The position numbers and the translations under genes are program-made. Below the pieces are notes generated by a model. The model made no database searches. It worked only from the letters and a program-made list of their open reading frames with translations, and had not been told where the DNA came from. 64,000 bases of DNA from Callorhinchus milii (Eukaryota), in assembly GCF_018977255.1 (NCBI RefSeq), contig NW_024704748.1, positions 17,856,001 through 17,920,000 on the forward strand, in the 5' to 3' direction. Positions 1-12,295 of this stretch are shown here, in pieces. Every line of letters starts with the position of its first letter. Position 1 is the first letter of the stretch.

Positions 1-14
1 GCTTCTTGAAAACC

Positions 15-59
15 CCATGGGCCACTTCTGGCCCTCGGGCCACAATTTGGCTACCACTG
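15..59 (-). mobile_element. hAT/Charlie-like MITE terminus (fragment)
   Basis: The reverse complement reads CAGTGGTAGCCAAATTGTGGCCCGAGGGCCAGAAGTGGCCC. This resembles the CAGNGGT..CCAAA..GGCCC..GGGCC ends of hAT-Charlie elements. The partner end is not in the window. Confidence 0.55.
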
Positions 60-61
60 CG

Positions 62-238
62 TTATACAAAGGTTAATGAACAACTGGAAAAGATTACGAG
101 GAAAAGCTGTTGAGGCAATGACCTTGAACTTATTTACAAAATGACTTGATGCTGTAATGAGATGATAATGGTTTTATTCTGGAAGGATGAGGTTAAATGG
201 GCTACAATACCTTCTTCATCCAAATGTTTCTTGTGGTC
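62..238 (+). mobile_element. Degenerate CR1 LINE 3' end
   Basis: Decayed match to the CR1 ORF2 terminus (QRVxxxWNxLPxxxVEA pattern), followed by a 3'UTR 'aaatgggc...ccttcttcatcc...tttcttgtg' similar to the copy at 24.9-25.2 kb. Confidence 0.55.
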
Positions 239-1671
239 AAATACTTTTCTTGAAGTGAATGCATCCTTAAATCATCTAAGCTATTCAATTTGAGTACAAA
301 GAAAATGCCATTGAATCATCAAGTAATTGAATGATGGTGCTTGCCCTCTTTGAGAAATACAATGTGAATTTGGTCCAATAACTAAACATTATTGAGACAC
401 ATGGTGTTTATTCATATCCAGTGTAGAGTTCTTGTATCAAATGAATCAAGAGTGAACTTTAGTCAATGTGCAGCTTCAGGTTTAATAGGTATTTGCAATG
501 ATCTGGCGAAGGTTCAAAAAAATATTATTTTACTGTACCGAATAGGATATCAAACATTTCCAACGACTCTGCCCATAGGTACATCACATTAACGCTTGTG
601 ACCATGCCAGAACCAGAGCACATACTTATTAAGTTACATTTTAATCTGGGGTTTGTGTTTGGAATATAAATTTAGAAAAACAGTTCAATTTATGCCCGAT
701 GTATTTTAGATATGCTTTACGTAAATAGTGCACAATCTTGTCAGCCAAGAAAAAATATATGTGCTTCTATCAAGATCTAGTTTGAAAACAATTCTAAATA
801 CTGTATTTTCCTTTGAACTAAATATAGATTTGAACTTAAACCATTTTCAGCTAAAAAGGCAATGCGCTCATTGGGTGAAAATAGAAAAAAAGTGAAAGAG
901 CCAGAGTGAAGTTGATTCGGTTATATTGCTAAATTGATTTAGTATCTTCTTAAACCGAATTAACCTCATTGGCTGTTGCATTGTCTGAAGGCCTCGGTTA
1001 CTGCGCTACATATTTTAAGCTTTCCACTTATTCATGTGACCATTCCAATTGCAGCAGCCATTTCCTTGACCGTTGAACATTAACTGCCTCCATTTTGAGT
1101 GAATGATAAATTTCAGGATTATACAGAGAGTGGAAGCTTTCGTGAAGTCAATTTAAGTGTATTTGGAGATTGGGGTTACGATCCATGAAAAGAACAATGT
1201 CATTACTTTGCAGAGAGATGGTGAGTATAATTTCTGAGGCATTATTTGGAGGCAGAGTACGCTCACTTTCATTTGTAAATTGCTGAAGTATAAAATGGAC
1301 TGCTTTGGTCCTGTCAATTGAGTAAGTACTGAACAACATTGCTTCTCACTCACAGAATGTTAGAGAGGTGCAATCTGTCACTGGGCAGAGAGACCAGTCA
1401 TCTCTCTGCTTTCTTCAGATTGTGTCAATGATGAGATGATGTTTATTGGACACGTTTACTTGCTTCAGTAAGATTTGTGTGTCGTGGCAGTATTTTAAAA
1501 AACACAGTTAAATGCTTCCTTTTACATAAGCATTTCCTATGAAATAACCACAATAAATCCTAAAACTCTGTGTTAAGTTATTTAATTTAAAAAACTATCT
1601 ATTCCACAATGAAGAGAATGCCTGAACGCCATTGCACCTTTCTAACCCTGTTGTATTCAAAGCTTTCGCCA

Positions 1672-2075
1672 TTGGCTCAGTTGGTCACTTTCCAGTGTAA
1701 TATTGAGCCATGCATATATGGGGGGTCTTAAATTCAATCCCAAATTTACGCTGAGCTAACTGGTTTCAGCCAACACTTAACCTTGGTGCTTGTAGGAGGA
1801 ATAAATTCCACCAAGGTCCCCAATCTCTGTCCAGTTGCCCCTGCTATCACAAGATCACAACAGAGGTTCAGATGATGAATGCCCGGAGTGTGATTAAGGT
1901 AAGACCAGGATGGGTGTAGTTATGGTGCCTCACACATTTCAATGGCCTGTTGCCATTCCCCACTTAGGCTTACAAGAGTAAAATAGTCACTAAGGCAAGG
2001 TTCTGCAGGGTGTCTGGAGCCTGTTCGACTGTCTGCTGCTGTGAGTCAATGCTTTCCGGAAAGTAGGGGAAATGT
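1672..2075 (+). mobile_element. Old tRNA-derived SINE (second family, no Deu domain)
   Basis: A-box-like TGGCTCAGTTGG and degenerate B-box ATTCAATCCC. The body motif 'ccagttgcccctgct' recurs inverted at ~36940 (cagcaggggtcactg). Confidence 0.55.
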
Positions 2076-2166
2076 TAAAGGGGAATAGAACAGCTTGAGT
2101 TTCAACCCAGAATTGAAAGTTTCAATTACAGTAAAAGTATTTGATTTGACTCCTCCCCATCACATA

Positions 2167-2216
2167 TAGTATTGTACTCGCAAACAAAATGTTAGTATTG
2201 TACTCGCAAACAAAAT
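2167..2216. repeat. Perfect 24-bp tandem duplication TAGTATTGTACTCGCAAACAAAAT
   Basis: Copies at 2167-2190 and 2193-2216. Confidence 0.9.
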
Positions 2217-3250
2217 AACAAAATGTTATTTTGATTCTGTATAAACAAGGAAGCTTCTGGTGTTCCTAGATATAGTAGTGTTCTATTCAAACATGGAGGC
2301 TTTTCAGACTGAAGGCTTTTAGTATCTCGGTGAGGAATTGTTACTCTATAGACTGTAAATTGTATTATTTTTGTTTACATTAATTGAACACGGACTTATT
2401 TATTCTGGCAATTAAAATTCTGTTCAATAAGAAGCAACTTTCTGCACATTTTCAAAATGGTAATTTAGAGCTTCAGTAATGTTAGAGAGAATTTCGGAAA
2501 AGGAGATGTCAGCAATCGCAGCTCTCAATCTTTGACTCCAAATTCTCATCTCCTAAAGCTTATTGCAGCACCTTCCCACAGGATGGATTAGTGCATGCAA
2601 AACTGTTTCAACAGAAAATCCAGTACCATTTAGTACACCGAATACAGTCTTGGAGAATTTAAGATAATACATGTAATTATGAGTATGTGGCATCCTCAGA
2701 TATAAATCTGATGTCAATTTCTGCTATTGATCAGGAAGCAGAATTGGAAAGATATATAGTTTTGCTGGAATGCTCATTCAATTTTTACTGCTGAATATTA
2801 AAGTATTGTCATTTCTGTAATGTATTACTATTTACTCATCATCTGCCCAAGTAACATAACTCTGGCCTATAGTGTAATATTTTCCAGAGTGTAATAATAG
2901 AAAATAAATGGACCTAAAGTTATGGAAATTACTCCTCAAGTTTGCCATCCATCACAACATGTTTAAGTCAATTAACTGATATGGAAATGATTTTAAACCA
3001 GATATAAGAAAAAAAACTTTGTTTTAATAAGGTAACAATAATTCATTTAATTTTCAAGGCAGTGAGTCTTTTTTATATTCAGTAATTTTAAAAATTAAAA
3101 ATTTAAATTTTGTGTTTTCCATTAGAAGTCAATTTAACTTAATAAGGTGAAGAAATTGTCTCTGCACTGAGGTAAACAGAAACAGCTTCTTCTGTACAGG
3201 TGGTGTGTAGGTTCTTTTACTTCATTGAGAATCAGGAAGTCTCTTCATAT

Positions 3251-3350
3251 TTCACAGGATTTACTATGAAGTGTAGTGACTGTATATTTTGTAGGCAAAC
3301 ATGACAGCCAATTTGGACACGGGTACAATCCCCCAGATAAAATGGATAAT
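3251..3350 (-). mobile_element. Deu-type SINE 3' portion
   Basis: 'ttcacaggatttactatgaagtgtagtgactgtatattttgtaggcaaa' is the reverse complement of the SINE tail at 59810-59870. Confidence 0.7.
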
Positions 3351-3387
3351 TCACATTGCACTGTCAGCCTAGGCTATATGACTGTAT

Positions 3388-3715
3388 AACAACAACAACA
3401 ACAAGATTACATTTGTATAGCGCCTTTCACTTCGGGAGGACGTCCCAAGGCGCTGGATAGAGTACAGCATTTCAGACCCGAGCTGGTGTTGGGGGGGAGG
3501 GGAAGGGGGTGGCCGATGGCATGGTTGAAGAGGAGGATCTTGAGGCGGAACTTGAAGGAGGTTAAGGCGGGGGCGAGGCGGAGTGACTGGGGATGGAATT
3601 CCAGAGGTTGGGGGCAGAGTGGCTGAAGGCTCTCCCGCCAATGGTGGGGCGGATGGGTCGGGGGACGTGGAGCAGGCCGGAGCCGGCTGAGCGGATGGAA
3701 GGAGCCGGTTGGTAG
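3388..3715 (-). mobile_element. L2-clade LINE 3' end, subfamily A, 5'-truncated
   Basis: (TTG)n tail and terminal stem-loop. The minus strand encodes an L2 ORF2-like C-terminus (PTIGGRAFSHSAPNLWNSIP / SLRLAPALTSFKFRLKILLFNHA). Similar copies at 21857 and 28753. Confidence 0.9.
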
Positions 3716-3721
3716 GGTATC

Positions 3722-3808
3722 TTTGGGTATAATCCCAAATATGGGTCTAAAACCCATGACCTTCTGATTCAGAGGTGAGATTGCTATCAAATGAACCAAG
3801 CAGACACA
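3722..3808 (-). mobile_element. tRNA-derived SINE head
   Basis: The reverse complement TTGGTTCATTTGATAGCAATCTCACCTCTGAATCAGAAGGTCATGGG matches the SINE head at 59536-59580. Confidence 0.7.
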
Positions 3809-3869
3809 TGAATGAGTTTAGTAAGTTATGTTTATCGGAAAGGAAGAAAACTAATTAATCTGAATTGTC

Positions 3870-4102
3870 ACAATATTCAAGCCACATGTTGGAACGTGGT
3901 ATTGCAGTCTAAGATGACACTCCGATGCTGGGGGCAGAATTACATTGTCAAGGTGGCATCTTTCATAAAAGATAGTCTGCCTATTCAGGTGGATTGTAAA
4001 GATGGCATGACACCATTTGAAAATGTGTGTGTGCAACATCCTGTGTGTACGGCCCTTTGTTGTCTTACATGATGGATGCTATATCAAATGTAAGTATTAT
4101 TA
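3870..4102 (+). mobile_element. Degenerate Deu-domain SINE body
   Basis: 'cattgtcaaggtggcatctttc...gtctgcctattcaggtggattgtaaagat..catgacaccatttgaaa' is colinear with the core of the 59.6-kb SINE. Confidence 0.65.
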
Positions 4103-6267
4103 TATCACATCCATGTCACAAAATGGTGCATTTTAGGGGAGAATTTCGCTGTACTCTTTTTGCTTGAAATCTAATTAAAAACGGTTTGTCTACCAGGCGT
4201 TGTTGAAGATGGTGCCCTTTTAACCTGAAAGCCAGCTATATTTAGCTTCTAATACCATGGTTGATTGGATTTTAACATTTCAAGATTGAAGTAGCACACA
4301 AATCTACACAGATTTTGGAACACATTGACAAAATGTACAACTGCTGAAGTCATAAATACTTTATTGATATGGTGTGATTTGTAACCATTATTGGCACAGA
4401 CACAATAGGCAAATTGCCTTCTGCTTTGCTGATCTCTTCTAAGTTTCTATGTGATTTTATTTCTGAATGTGTACTTAACAGATTTGGATGTTAAATACGC
4501 TTTTCCAGCAATGGTATTGTTAGTGTAGAACTGCTGTGATTTTCAGTGATCCAATTTTTGCATTGTGTGTGAAATAATGATCCCTTCACACTTCAATGCC
4601 TCATGGATACAAACTGAACCAGGACAGTACATGACCCCTTGGTTGCACTGAGATACAGCAGTACCTGAACAGCCCTTTAAGAGCTGCTCCATTGGTTGCT
4701 GTGAAGTGTAACATAATGCAAACAAAAAATAAAATGTAGCCTACTTATAATTTTGAATTATGTTCTGATCATTAACAATTAAACAAAATGTGTTAGATTG
4801 GTCAACACACAGAAAAATATTTGCTTGATATAGCAAAACACCGACCCAAATAGAACCTTATCTAAACCGTTCAGATGCCATTTTATTGAGCGGATGAATT
4901 CTGGGGAAATCTATTGTTCCTCCTGCCCTGCCTTTCGTGACAATCAATCAAGGATATCTTGTACATTGAAGTCAATGTCGTTCGCATTTTATTGCATTTA
5001 TTTCTCCCTGCAAAACATAACTGTATCTTGCAATCTTATTTCAGTTTTGACTTGTTGTTGGAAACAAATTCTTCACTGTAACTGTGTGTGGTGCTTTAGT
5101 TCCTGTGTATAATACTATGGGAGCAGTTTAGTCATCCCTGATTTATGCTTATGCTGTTTGTTAAAGTGTGCAACCTAGCCATAGCTGTAAGCTTCTCAAA
5201 ATGGATTTACTTTTGGGGCATCATTGTAACCTCCACCGATCACTGTTCCAGGGAGACTGCTTTCTTTCTGTGCTTTGGCGATTTGAGTGGGTAAATTCTA
5301 TAAAAGTAAAGCCATGAGGAAAGACACCTACACAATCAACCATATAAACATCAGTCCACCTTGATGAACTTTTATAGATCAGGAGTAAGAGTGAAATGCT
5401 GGTCTTGTTGGAGTCGCTTTCTGAAAATGATTTAGCTTTTTTTAAAGAATGTTACAATAATGATAAAAAATAAGATACAGCTGCAAAATGTGCTGAAGCA
5501 ATATGCTGTGTGTATAATGGCACACAGAGTGCCATAGACTCTGCAGCACACCTCCTCTCAGGCAGTGAGTTACTCATTTCAATGGTACCATTGTGCTGAG
5601 GGAATGTGAGGCAATTACCACAACTAACCTATTCCTAGAAATCATAGCTAACCTAGTTCCAAACCTGAGTAGTCCTGATGTTGTTTGGGCGGGTGCTTAG
5701 TAATTACCTCCACACGACTTTTTGATTCATTTCATAACTTGTAGTTAACAGGATGATTTATTATTTTATAAATTTCGGTATCCTATACGTGAGGTTCCAC
5801 CTTGCGTCATTTTAATTAGACTTGTCGGGCCTGCCTTTGTGTGATTCTTGTTTTGCAATGTTGTATTCAGAGCTCTCATCAGGTAGAGCTATGTGGTGTA
5901 ACATTTGCTTTATTTTCACCAAAAATAAAGATATTTGTTATTTTTTCAGTGCTCGGAATGATCCACCTTCAACGTTATCTGACAAATATTTAGGTTTTAC
6001 ATCAATTTATTTTGCCAACTCTATGCATATTTTCCTCATACAAAGATAAGGATGTTGTTTGGTTTAACACAGTTCATTGATAGCCCAAGGCAAAAGCATC
6101 AGATGTATGAAAATCTAGGAACAAAACCACACATTTCCAGCATCTGGCTTTTATATTTTGGTCTGCCTTAGTAATTCTATTCATACAGTCTGTGTATGAT
6201 TGTGGGTGGGTGGTGAAGTACTAAACTGCAGTTTCACAGGCAAGTCTGTGTAATGCCATAAACTAGC

Positions 6268-6375
6268 ATGTTCGCCTACAAATATACAGTCGCTATACTT
6301 TACAGTAATTCCTGTGAAGCACTTTGAGATGTTTAGCTGACTGTATGAAATGCAAGGATTATTATTTATTATTAT
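6268..6375 (+). mobile_element. SINE 3' tail fragment
   Basis: 'aaatatacagtc..tactttacagtaattcctgtgaagcactttgagatg...aaatgcaaggattattat', the same tail seen in many other copies in the window. Confidence 0.7.
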
Positions 6376-8219
6376 TAATGAAGAGCCATTAAACCTAAGC
6401 ATCAAATCACAGCTTTTTGTTCACTCCCATTCTCAAGTGTTGTTTAAACCTACATCTACAACATGTCATTGTGTTGATAATGTTTAGAAGTAACCCCATC
6501 CTCCGAATCCAACCCCAAGCTCGGGTGCAAACCCTCAACTGTCTAGTGCCTTGGAATGTCCACTAAATGTATAAGGCGCTATATAAATGCAATGTGGTGT
6601 TGTTGTAATCCTTAATTATCATCAGTGATGCCCTCAATGCAGAATAATGCCATCACACAGAGTGCATTTGCAATTGGGCAGTAACAATATGATGTTGCTG
6701 AGAATAAGCTACTGCTGCACACATTAATAATGCATATTGAATAAGAATATGACACATGAAATGCTATTTTTGGATATTGCTGCTACTTAACGTTACAAGT
6801 CTCATTGGGCTCATGATGAGATTCTGTCACTCTACATTTGACTGAAAGCTTTTCCTGAATCAGGTCACAACTTGCTGTTAATTTCACATAAATTCACGTG
6901 AAATGTCTGGCACTATGAGTCCACATTAAATTGCACCTTGTGATCTTTACAGAGAAATTGTTTACAAGAGTTGTACGTATTTCATGCTCAGAGTATAGTC
7001 GGGACACAAACCTCACAATATTTTGTTTCAGAATTCAGGCACCAGTATACCTGACAATTTCACAATTGCCATAGTCGAATCTTTTGAGGACTATTAGCAT
7101 TTTCAACCACAAAAAATTAAAAGTTATTGATTTAAATTTATTCACAAATGTTATTGACATCTTCAATTCCAATTTGTAGTGCACTGGCTTGACAGATGGT
7201 GAAAAGTGGCAGATAAATGATGATTTTGCAATTTATGGAAAGAAATCATTCCGCAGAAGGTAGAGAGAGGACCATGCAGAACTGAAGGAGCTGCTGACCT
7301 GCACAATCCTTGCGTGGCTGAGCTATGTGACTACTTCTATTTGAGACCAATCTAAAGAGAGTTTTTAAAAATTCAATGAAAAATTTAAATGGCTGCTATT
7401 AAATTTTCATTTTTCTCTTGCTGGAGTGAGTTCAGTTTTGATCTGGCGAACCTTCACTTTCTGCATTATTTTAGGCCTTGTCATGTATAAAATGTATTTG
7501 CACAAACCACTTTCATCCAGACTACACAGGCACGAGGGACTTTTTTGTTCTTTGGGTCTTGGGATTCGGTTCTAAAACATCTGCTTTTAATACTACTGTG
7601 AAGGAATGTTATATGACTTCCACAAGATAGCTGGTAATAAATGGTTAAAGGATTGATGTTAAATATAACCAGCGTAAGTCCCATCAAGTTAATCCTATCT
7701 ACAGGGAGGATTATACTAGTGCAGTTGAATTTTACAGGTTAATTTAGCAAATCTCTGATAAATTCTTTTAGACCCAGTTGAGACCTATGGTAATCAGGTA
7801 TCAAAAGGTTAGTTCCTCGGTTTAGTCATGGAATTATTTGAATTAGTTGTTCTGTGGTTTAGCAATTCCCATTAATGTCACTGTATGATCAAAGTATTGT
7901 GAATTGAGAGTCAGATTTGTTAGATAAAGTATTCTTGTTTCCCCAAATCTTCAGTGAAAACTGAAGAATGAAAAGGTAATTGAATTCAACACAGTGACTT
8001 GTTTCTCTTGTATGTTAGTTATGGCCATGCACGGTTACCTATTAAATTGCTGATCTACAGTATGTTGGTTAGGTACTACACATGTCAGACTCTACATCAA
8101 TGCAAGACATAATACGCTGATTGATGGGGCTAATGGCTGGAAAAGTGGAGGAGATGAGATGTACTTCACGCAGGAAGCAGCTAATTTATGCTCAATAAAA
8201 CCTGTTGGAATGTTGTTCT

Positions 8220-8700
8220 CCAGCTCCACAATCCTCAAAATCTAAGTGCTCCAATACTCCCGCCCCTGTACTCACTCACTCTAAACTTCGCACCCCCATC
8301 AGACCTCGCCAAACTCCACGGGCTCCCTATCACAGAACAGATTGACTTCAACATCCTCACACTAGTCTACAAATCCCTTTAGCCCCAGCACCTCCTTACC
8401 TCTCTAACCTGCTTATTCCCCACACCACCACCTGCTTCCTCCACTCGGCTGGCTCCGGCCACCTGCATGTCCCCAGCGGCCATGCTTTCAGCCGCTACGC
8501 TCCTAGACTCTGGAATTCTCTCTCTCATTCCCTCTGCCTTGCCTCCTCCTTCCCCATTTTCAGATCATACCTTAAGATCTTTCTCTTCAATCGTACCTAT
8601 GGTCACCTCCGCCCTCCCCCTAACTTGGCATCAGGCTCTGCCACTGTTAAGTGCTCCTAGATGCTATACTATGTGAAGGGAGCCATTTAAATGCAAACTG
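8220..8700 (+). mobile_element. Older L2 LINE 3' fragment
   Basis: Translates to LAKLHGLPITEQIDFNILTLVYKSL* (L2 ORF2 LHWLP..RIDFKIL motif), then AFSRYAPRLWNSL, with stops/frameshifts. Confidence 0.85.
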
Positions 8701-9325
8701 TTCTCTCATCAGAATGAATAGTTCAACCGTTGCCTTTATAGATGATCTGAAGAGAAGCATTGGCACTGCAGGTGTATCTTAGATAAATTGACCATCTCCA
8801 GTGATGTTTTTCTTTGATAAATTAAATGAATCACATCTATTTCTGAGCTCATATACTTTCTCTTATCTTTATACTGTATGAGGTGATAATTAAGCTATGA
8901 GCTATAGACTAATTATAGTCTACTTATTATTATCATTCTGGAGATGATAATTTTTGCTGGTAGTGCCAACAAAAAGTCAGATTGGAATTTGCACTACATC
9001 TCAAAAAGGCACTGCCTTTGTGTACTGTGTATGAACTTTGGAAAACTTTCTTAGTTTTTACCAAACTCTTTTGGATCAACACCGAGCCCCTTAAAGAGAA
9101 ACAGTTTCATAATTGATGCAATAAAATTTGTTGTATATTAAATGAGTATAATACTTCATGGGTAACAAAAAGTAGAATGTTGTCTGCTTCTTATGCCATT
9201 TGCCATGCTAATATCACTTAAACCAATAGTTAAAAGCACAGATTAGGACTCCTAATTGTCAAATCGAGTCAATCTTCTGTGTTGGTCTTGGTAGTCATGT
9301 TCCTGAGTCAGACTCGGTTAACCCT

Positions 9326-9510
9326 AGGAACAGAGGAACAGGAGTAGGTATTTCAGCCCCTCAAACCTGTTCCACCATTCTATTATTATAATAAATAATA
9401 ATAATCCTTGTATTTGAAATAGCACTTTTCACGTCTTCCAGATGTCTCAAAGCGCTTAACAGAATATAATGTAAAGTGAATTGACTGTATACTTGTGGGG
9501 GGAAATTACA
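9326..9510 (-). mobile_element. CR1-like 3' tip (9326-9380) adjacent to a SINE tail (9388-9510)
   Basis: 'aggaacagaggaacaggagtaggtatttcagcccctc' followed by (AAT)n-ccttgtatttgaaatagcacttttcacgtc...gtaaagtgaattgactgtata. Confidence 0.65.
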
Positions 9511-10409
9511 TTGGTGTGTCATCTGAAGTATGGAGTATTGGTGTCAAGGAGAATGTAGATTTTATGCTGGTTCACCAGATGATGTCTGAACAATAATAAT
9601 AAAACACAAAACAAAAAATTGAAAGGCTGTTCAGCCAGCAGTGGAAATTCTACAATGGGGGTTAGAATCCCTGTACAAATGAGATGGTCCCTTAGGACAT
9701 TGTGTGTGGATATCAAGTGAAGTCAGGATGGGATTCAGCTGTGATTTTTCTCCTCTCCCCCACCACAGTAAAATAACCTTTCAGGGGAGATACTATTCTC
9801 CAGTAAAAAAAAATCAAAACTTAGTATATGTATGATTAGCAATGACACCTTCTTCTCTGTTGGAAGACTTTGTCCAGCACACTCAGCATGTGGCCATGCG
9901 CAGAACGTTTCTGCGGCATCAGTACTGCTAAGTAACGATGGATACACGATTACTAATTTATAATCTGGGAGTGGGTACTCAATTCAGATTCAGTAGCAAC
10001 TGAAAGATTTTATTTTAAAAAACTAAATAAACATGCTTTCAATTATTCTCTTAATGGAATTCAGGATGCTTGTGCGAATAATTCAGTTTGGTTTCTTTGA
10101 TTTAACATAAGGTGTGTGTAGAATGTCTGCTGGCTTTTTTTTACTGGTAGGTTCATTTTCTGCAAGATGTAGGATCCAAACTACTGCAGTAAAAATGTAT
10201 TAAAAATGGATGAATGAATAATTCAAGGATTCTACTGCAACTAATATCAAAGCGAGTGTCAGAACAGCTTTGGCTTCTCTCCTGCACAAAGCTGGCTTGA
10301 GAAGGAAAGCTGATGCAATCTGGGATCTGGAGAAGTCTACAACCAGTGGTGCTTTGTGATTGATCAGGGAAATTTTTTTTGCTATGGAATGGCAGCACTT
10401 ATCCCTTTG

Positions 10410-10622
10410 CATCCTCTCCCCACCCCCCATATCCCCACCCCCGCCATATCCCGCCCCATGTCCATCCTTCTGCCATATCCCCCCCATATCCATCATCCCA
10501 TATCCATCCCCTCATATCCACCCCCTATTATACACCCCTCCATTATTTCATCCCCCCATATCTAACCTCCCATATCCATCCCCCCATATCCTGCCAACCC
10601 CCATATCCCCCCCCCCCCCCCC
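10410..10622. repeat. C-rich degenerate tandem repeat, unit ~CCCCATATCC
   Basis: About 8-10 copies of ccatatcc/ccccata ending in a long C run. It accounts for the overlapping Pro-rich ORFs. Confidence 0.85.
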
Positions 10623-11634
10623 TTGCCAGATGGAATAGTTCTCATGAGCTGCTGCATACAGAACATAAAACTTGGGTGACTTAAGAGATTCAAGCCATGC
10701 CATTCTCAAATGCACCACAACAGCCTGTTTGGAAAGTGATTTGCTTCAGCTGCTTTGCTGCCATCTGGCAGTGCAAAGCACATCAGAGTAGAATGTTTAC
10801 TTGTCACAAGGCCAGTTACCACAAAATACACAGTCAATCTACTTTACAATATATTCTGTGAAGCGCTTTGAGATGTCTCAATAAGGGGCTACATCAAATA
10901 CAAGGATTATTTTAAGTGCTCCGAGCTGTTACCACATATTTATAGGGCACTATATAATGCAAGTTGTCATCATCGTCATTGATGTTACTACCTCAGCTTA
11001 TGGTTGAGAATGCTTCAAAACTGATGTGTACTAGTGATGGCACTACTTAGTTATGTATTACTGCAGAAACAGCATTAGTAATGAAAGGTTTTCAATTAGC
11101 ATGTAACTTTGCATATACAAATTAATGGAAATTCCAAAGATTCTAAGGAACTGATTTACATGGTGACTTCATTTTAATGATCTGTTGATAGTAGAACTCT
11201 ACAGCGAAAATGAATCAAGTTAACTGGGACACCAGTGTGACATGATATAACAACATTCATTCAGCATGCCTCCAGCATCAATAGCTCAGCTATTCAAGTC
11301 TGATGTTTGTTGTTGCTCAATAAATGCACCAGGCCTTGGACCGTCAGTAGGATTTAGGTGCAGCAGTGTCAAATAAAGTGTCTTTCCTTTGTTTTTCTGA
11401 AAGCAGACAACAGGATCACCATTTCTAAAGCAGGTAGTTTGAGCTGAATCATTGCATGTAACAGAAGCACTAATGGGGTATATCTGATGGATGGTACTTG
11501 ATAAAGAACAAGTAGAGTCTAATATGATTTGGCAGGTGCTAGAGGCAATTGGATAATGTCATTACTTTTCAAAAACCTTGTACTTTTATTTTAAAAGAAG
11601 TTGAAATTTTATTGGCTGAAATCTCTCTACATAT

Positions 11635-11828
11635 TAGAGAAGGGAATTTCTCCTTGTATCCTGGCCAACAATCCCCCTGATAAACTTAATCATTCACTTC
11701 ATGGCTGCTTGTTTTGCACAAGTTAACTTTTACATTTACCTACAAAATACACAGTCACTACACTGTACAGTAAATCCTGTGAAGCACTGGTGTGAAAGGA
11801 GCTGTATCAAATGCAAGGATTATTATTT
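11635..11828 (+). mobile_element. Deu-type SINE 3' half
   Basis: 'agagaagggaatttctccttgtatcctggccaacaatcccc...acagtaaatcctgtgaagcact...aaatgcaaggatttattat'. Confidence 0.75.
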
Positions 11829-11900
11829 TTACTCAGAGTAATAAATAATTAATGTATTAATGTTTTTCAAGTGATCCCATACCATTGAAAGACTACTATC

Positions 11901-12295
11901 AGGTATCAGCCTGTCTTATTTGTTAACACTCTCATCTCTGGGTCAGAAGTTGCAGGTTCGGAACTTTGAGCTTATTGTAAATCCTGATACGCTAGCCCAG
12001 TGCTGGAGGAGTGTTGTAGTATCAGAGATCATATCCTTCAAACAAGGCATAAATTCAAAGAAACCTATTCAGGTTGAAGTTAAAGACTCCATGGCACTCT
12101 TCGAAAAGAGAAAGCATTTTCTCGCAATATTGTGGCCAACATTCTTCCAGCTAAATTGGGTCATTCACTTCTAGGAGGTTTGCAGGAAAATGTTGTGCAC
12201 AGATTGACTGTTGCGTTTGGGTACAACAAATTCCTGCAAAGTACTTTGAAATGTTTTGGCGACATGATAATGTGTTATATCGGATCCAAGCACCA
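11901..12295 (+). mobile_element. Degenerate near-full-length Deu-type tRNA-SINE
   Basis: Head 'cactctcatctctgggtcagaagttgcaggttcg', core 'cctattcaggttgaagttaaagactccatggcactcttcgaaaagaga', tail 'aagtactttgaaatg'. Confidence 0.7.

Noticed and set aside
5298-5363. TATAAAA followed by ATGAGGAAAGAC as a possible first exon
   Set aside because: The frame stops (TGA) after 16 codons with no donor site before it.
10356-10684. Proline-rich extensin-like ORFs in three frames
   Set aside because: Artefact of the C-rich tandem repeat.
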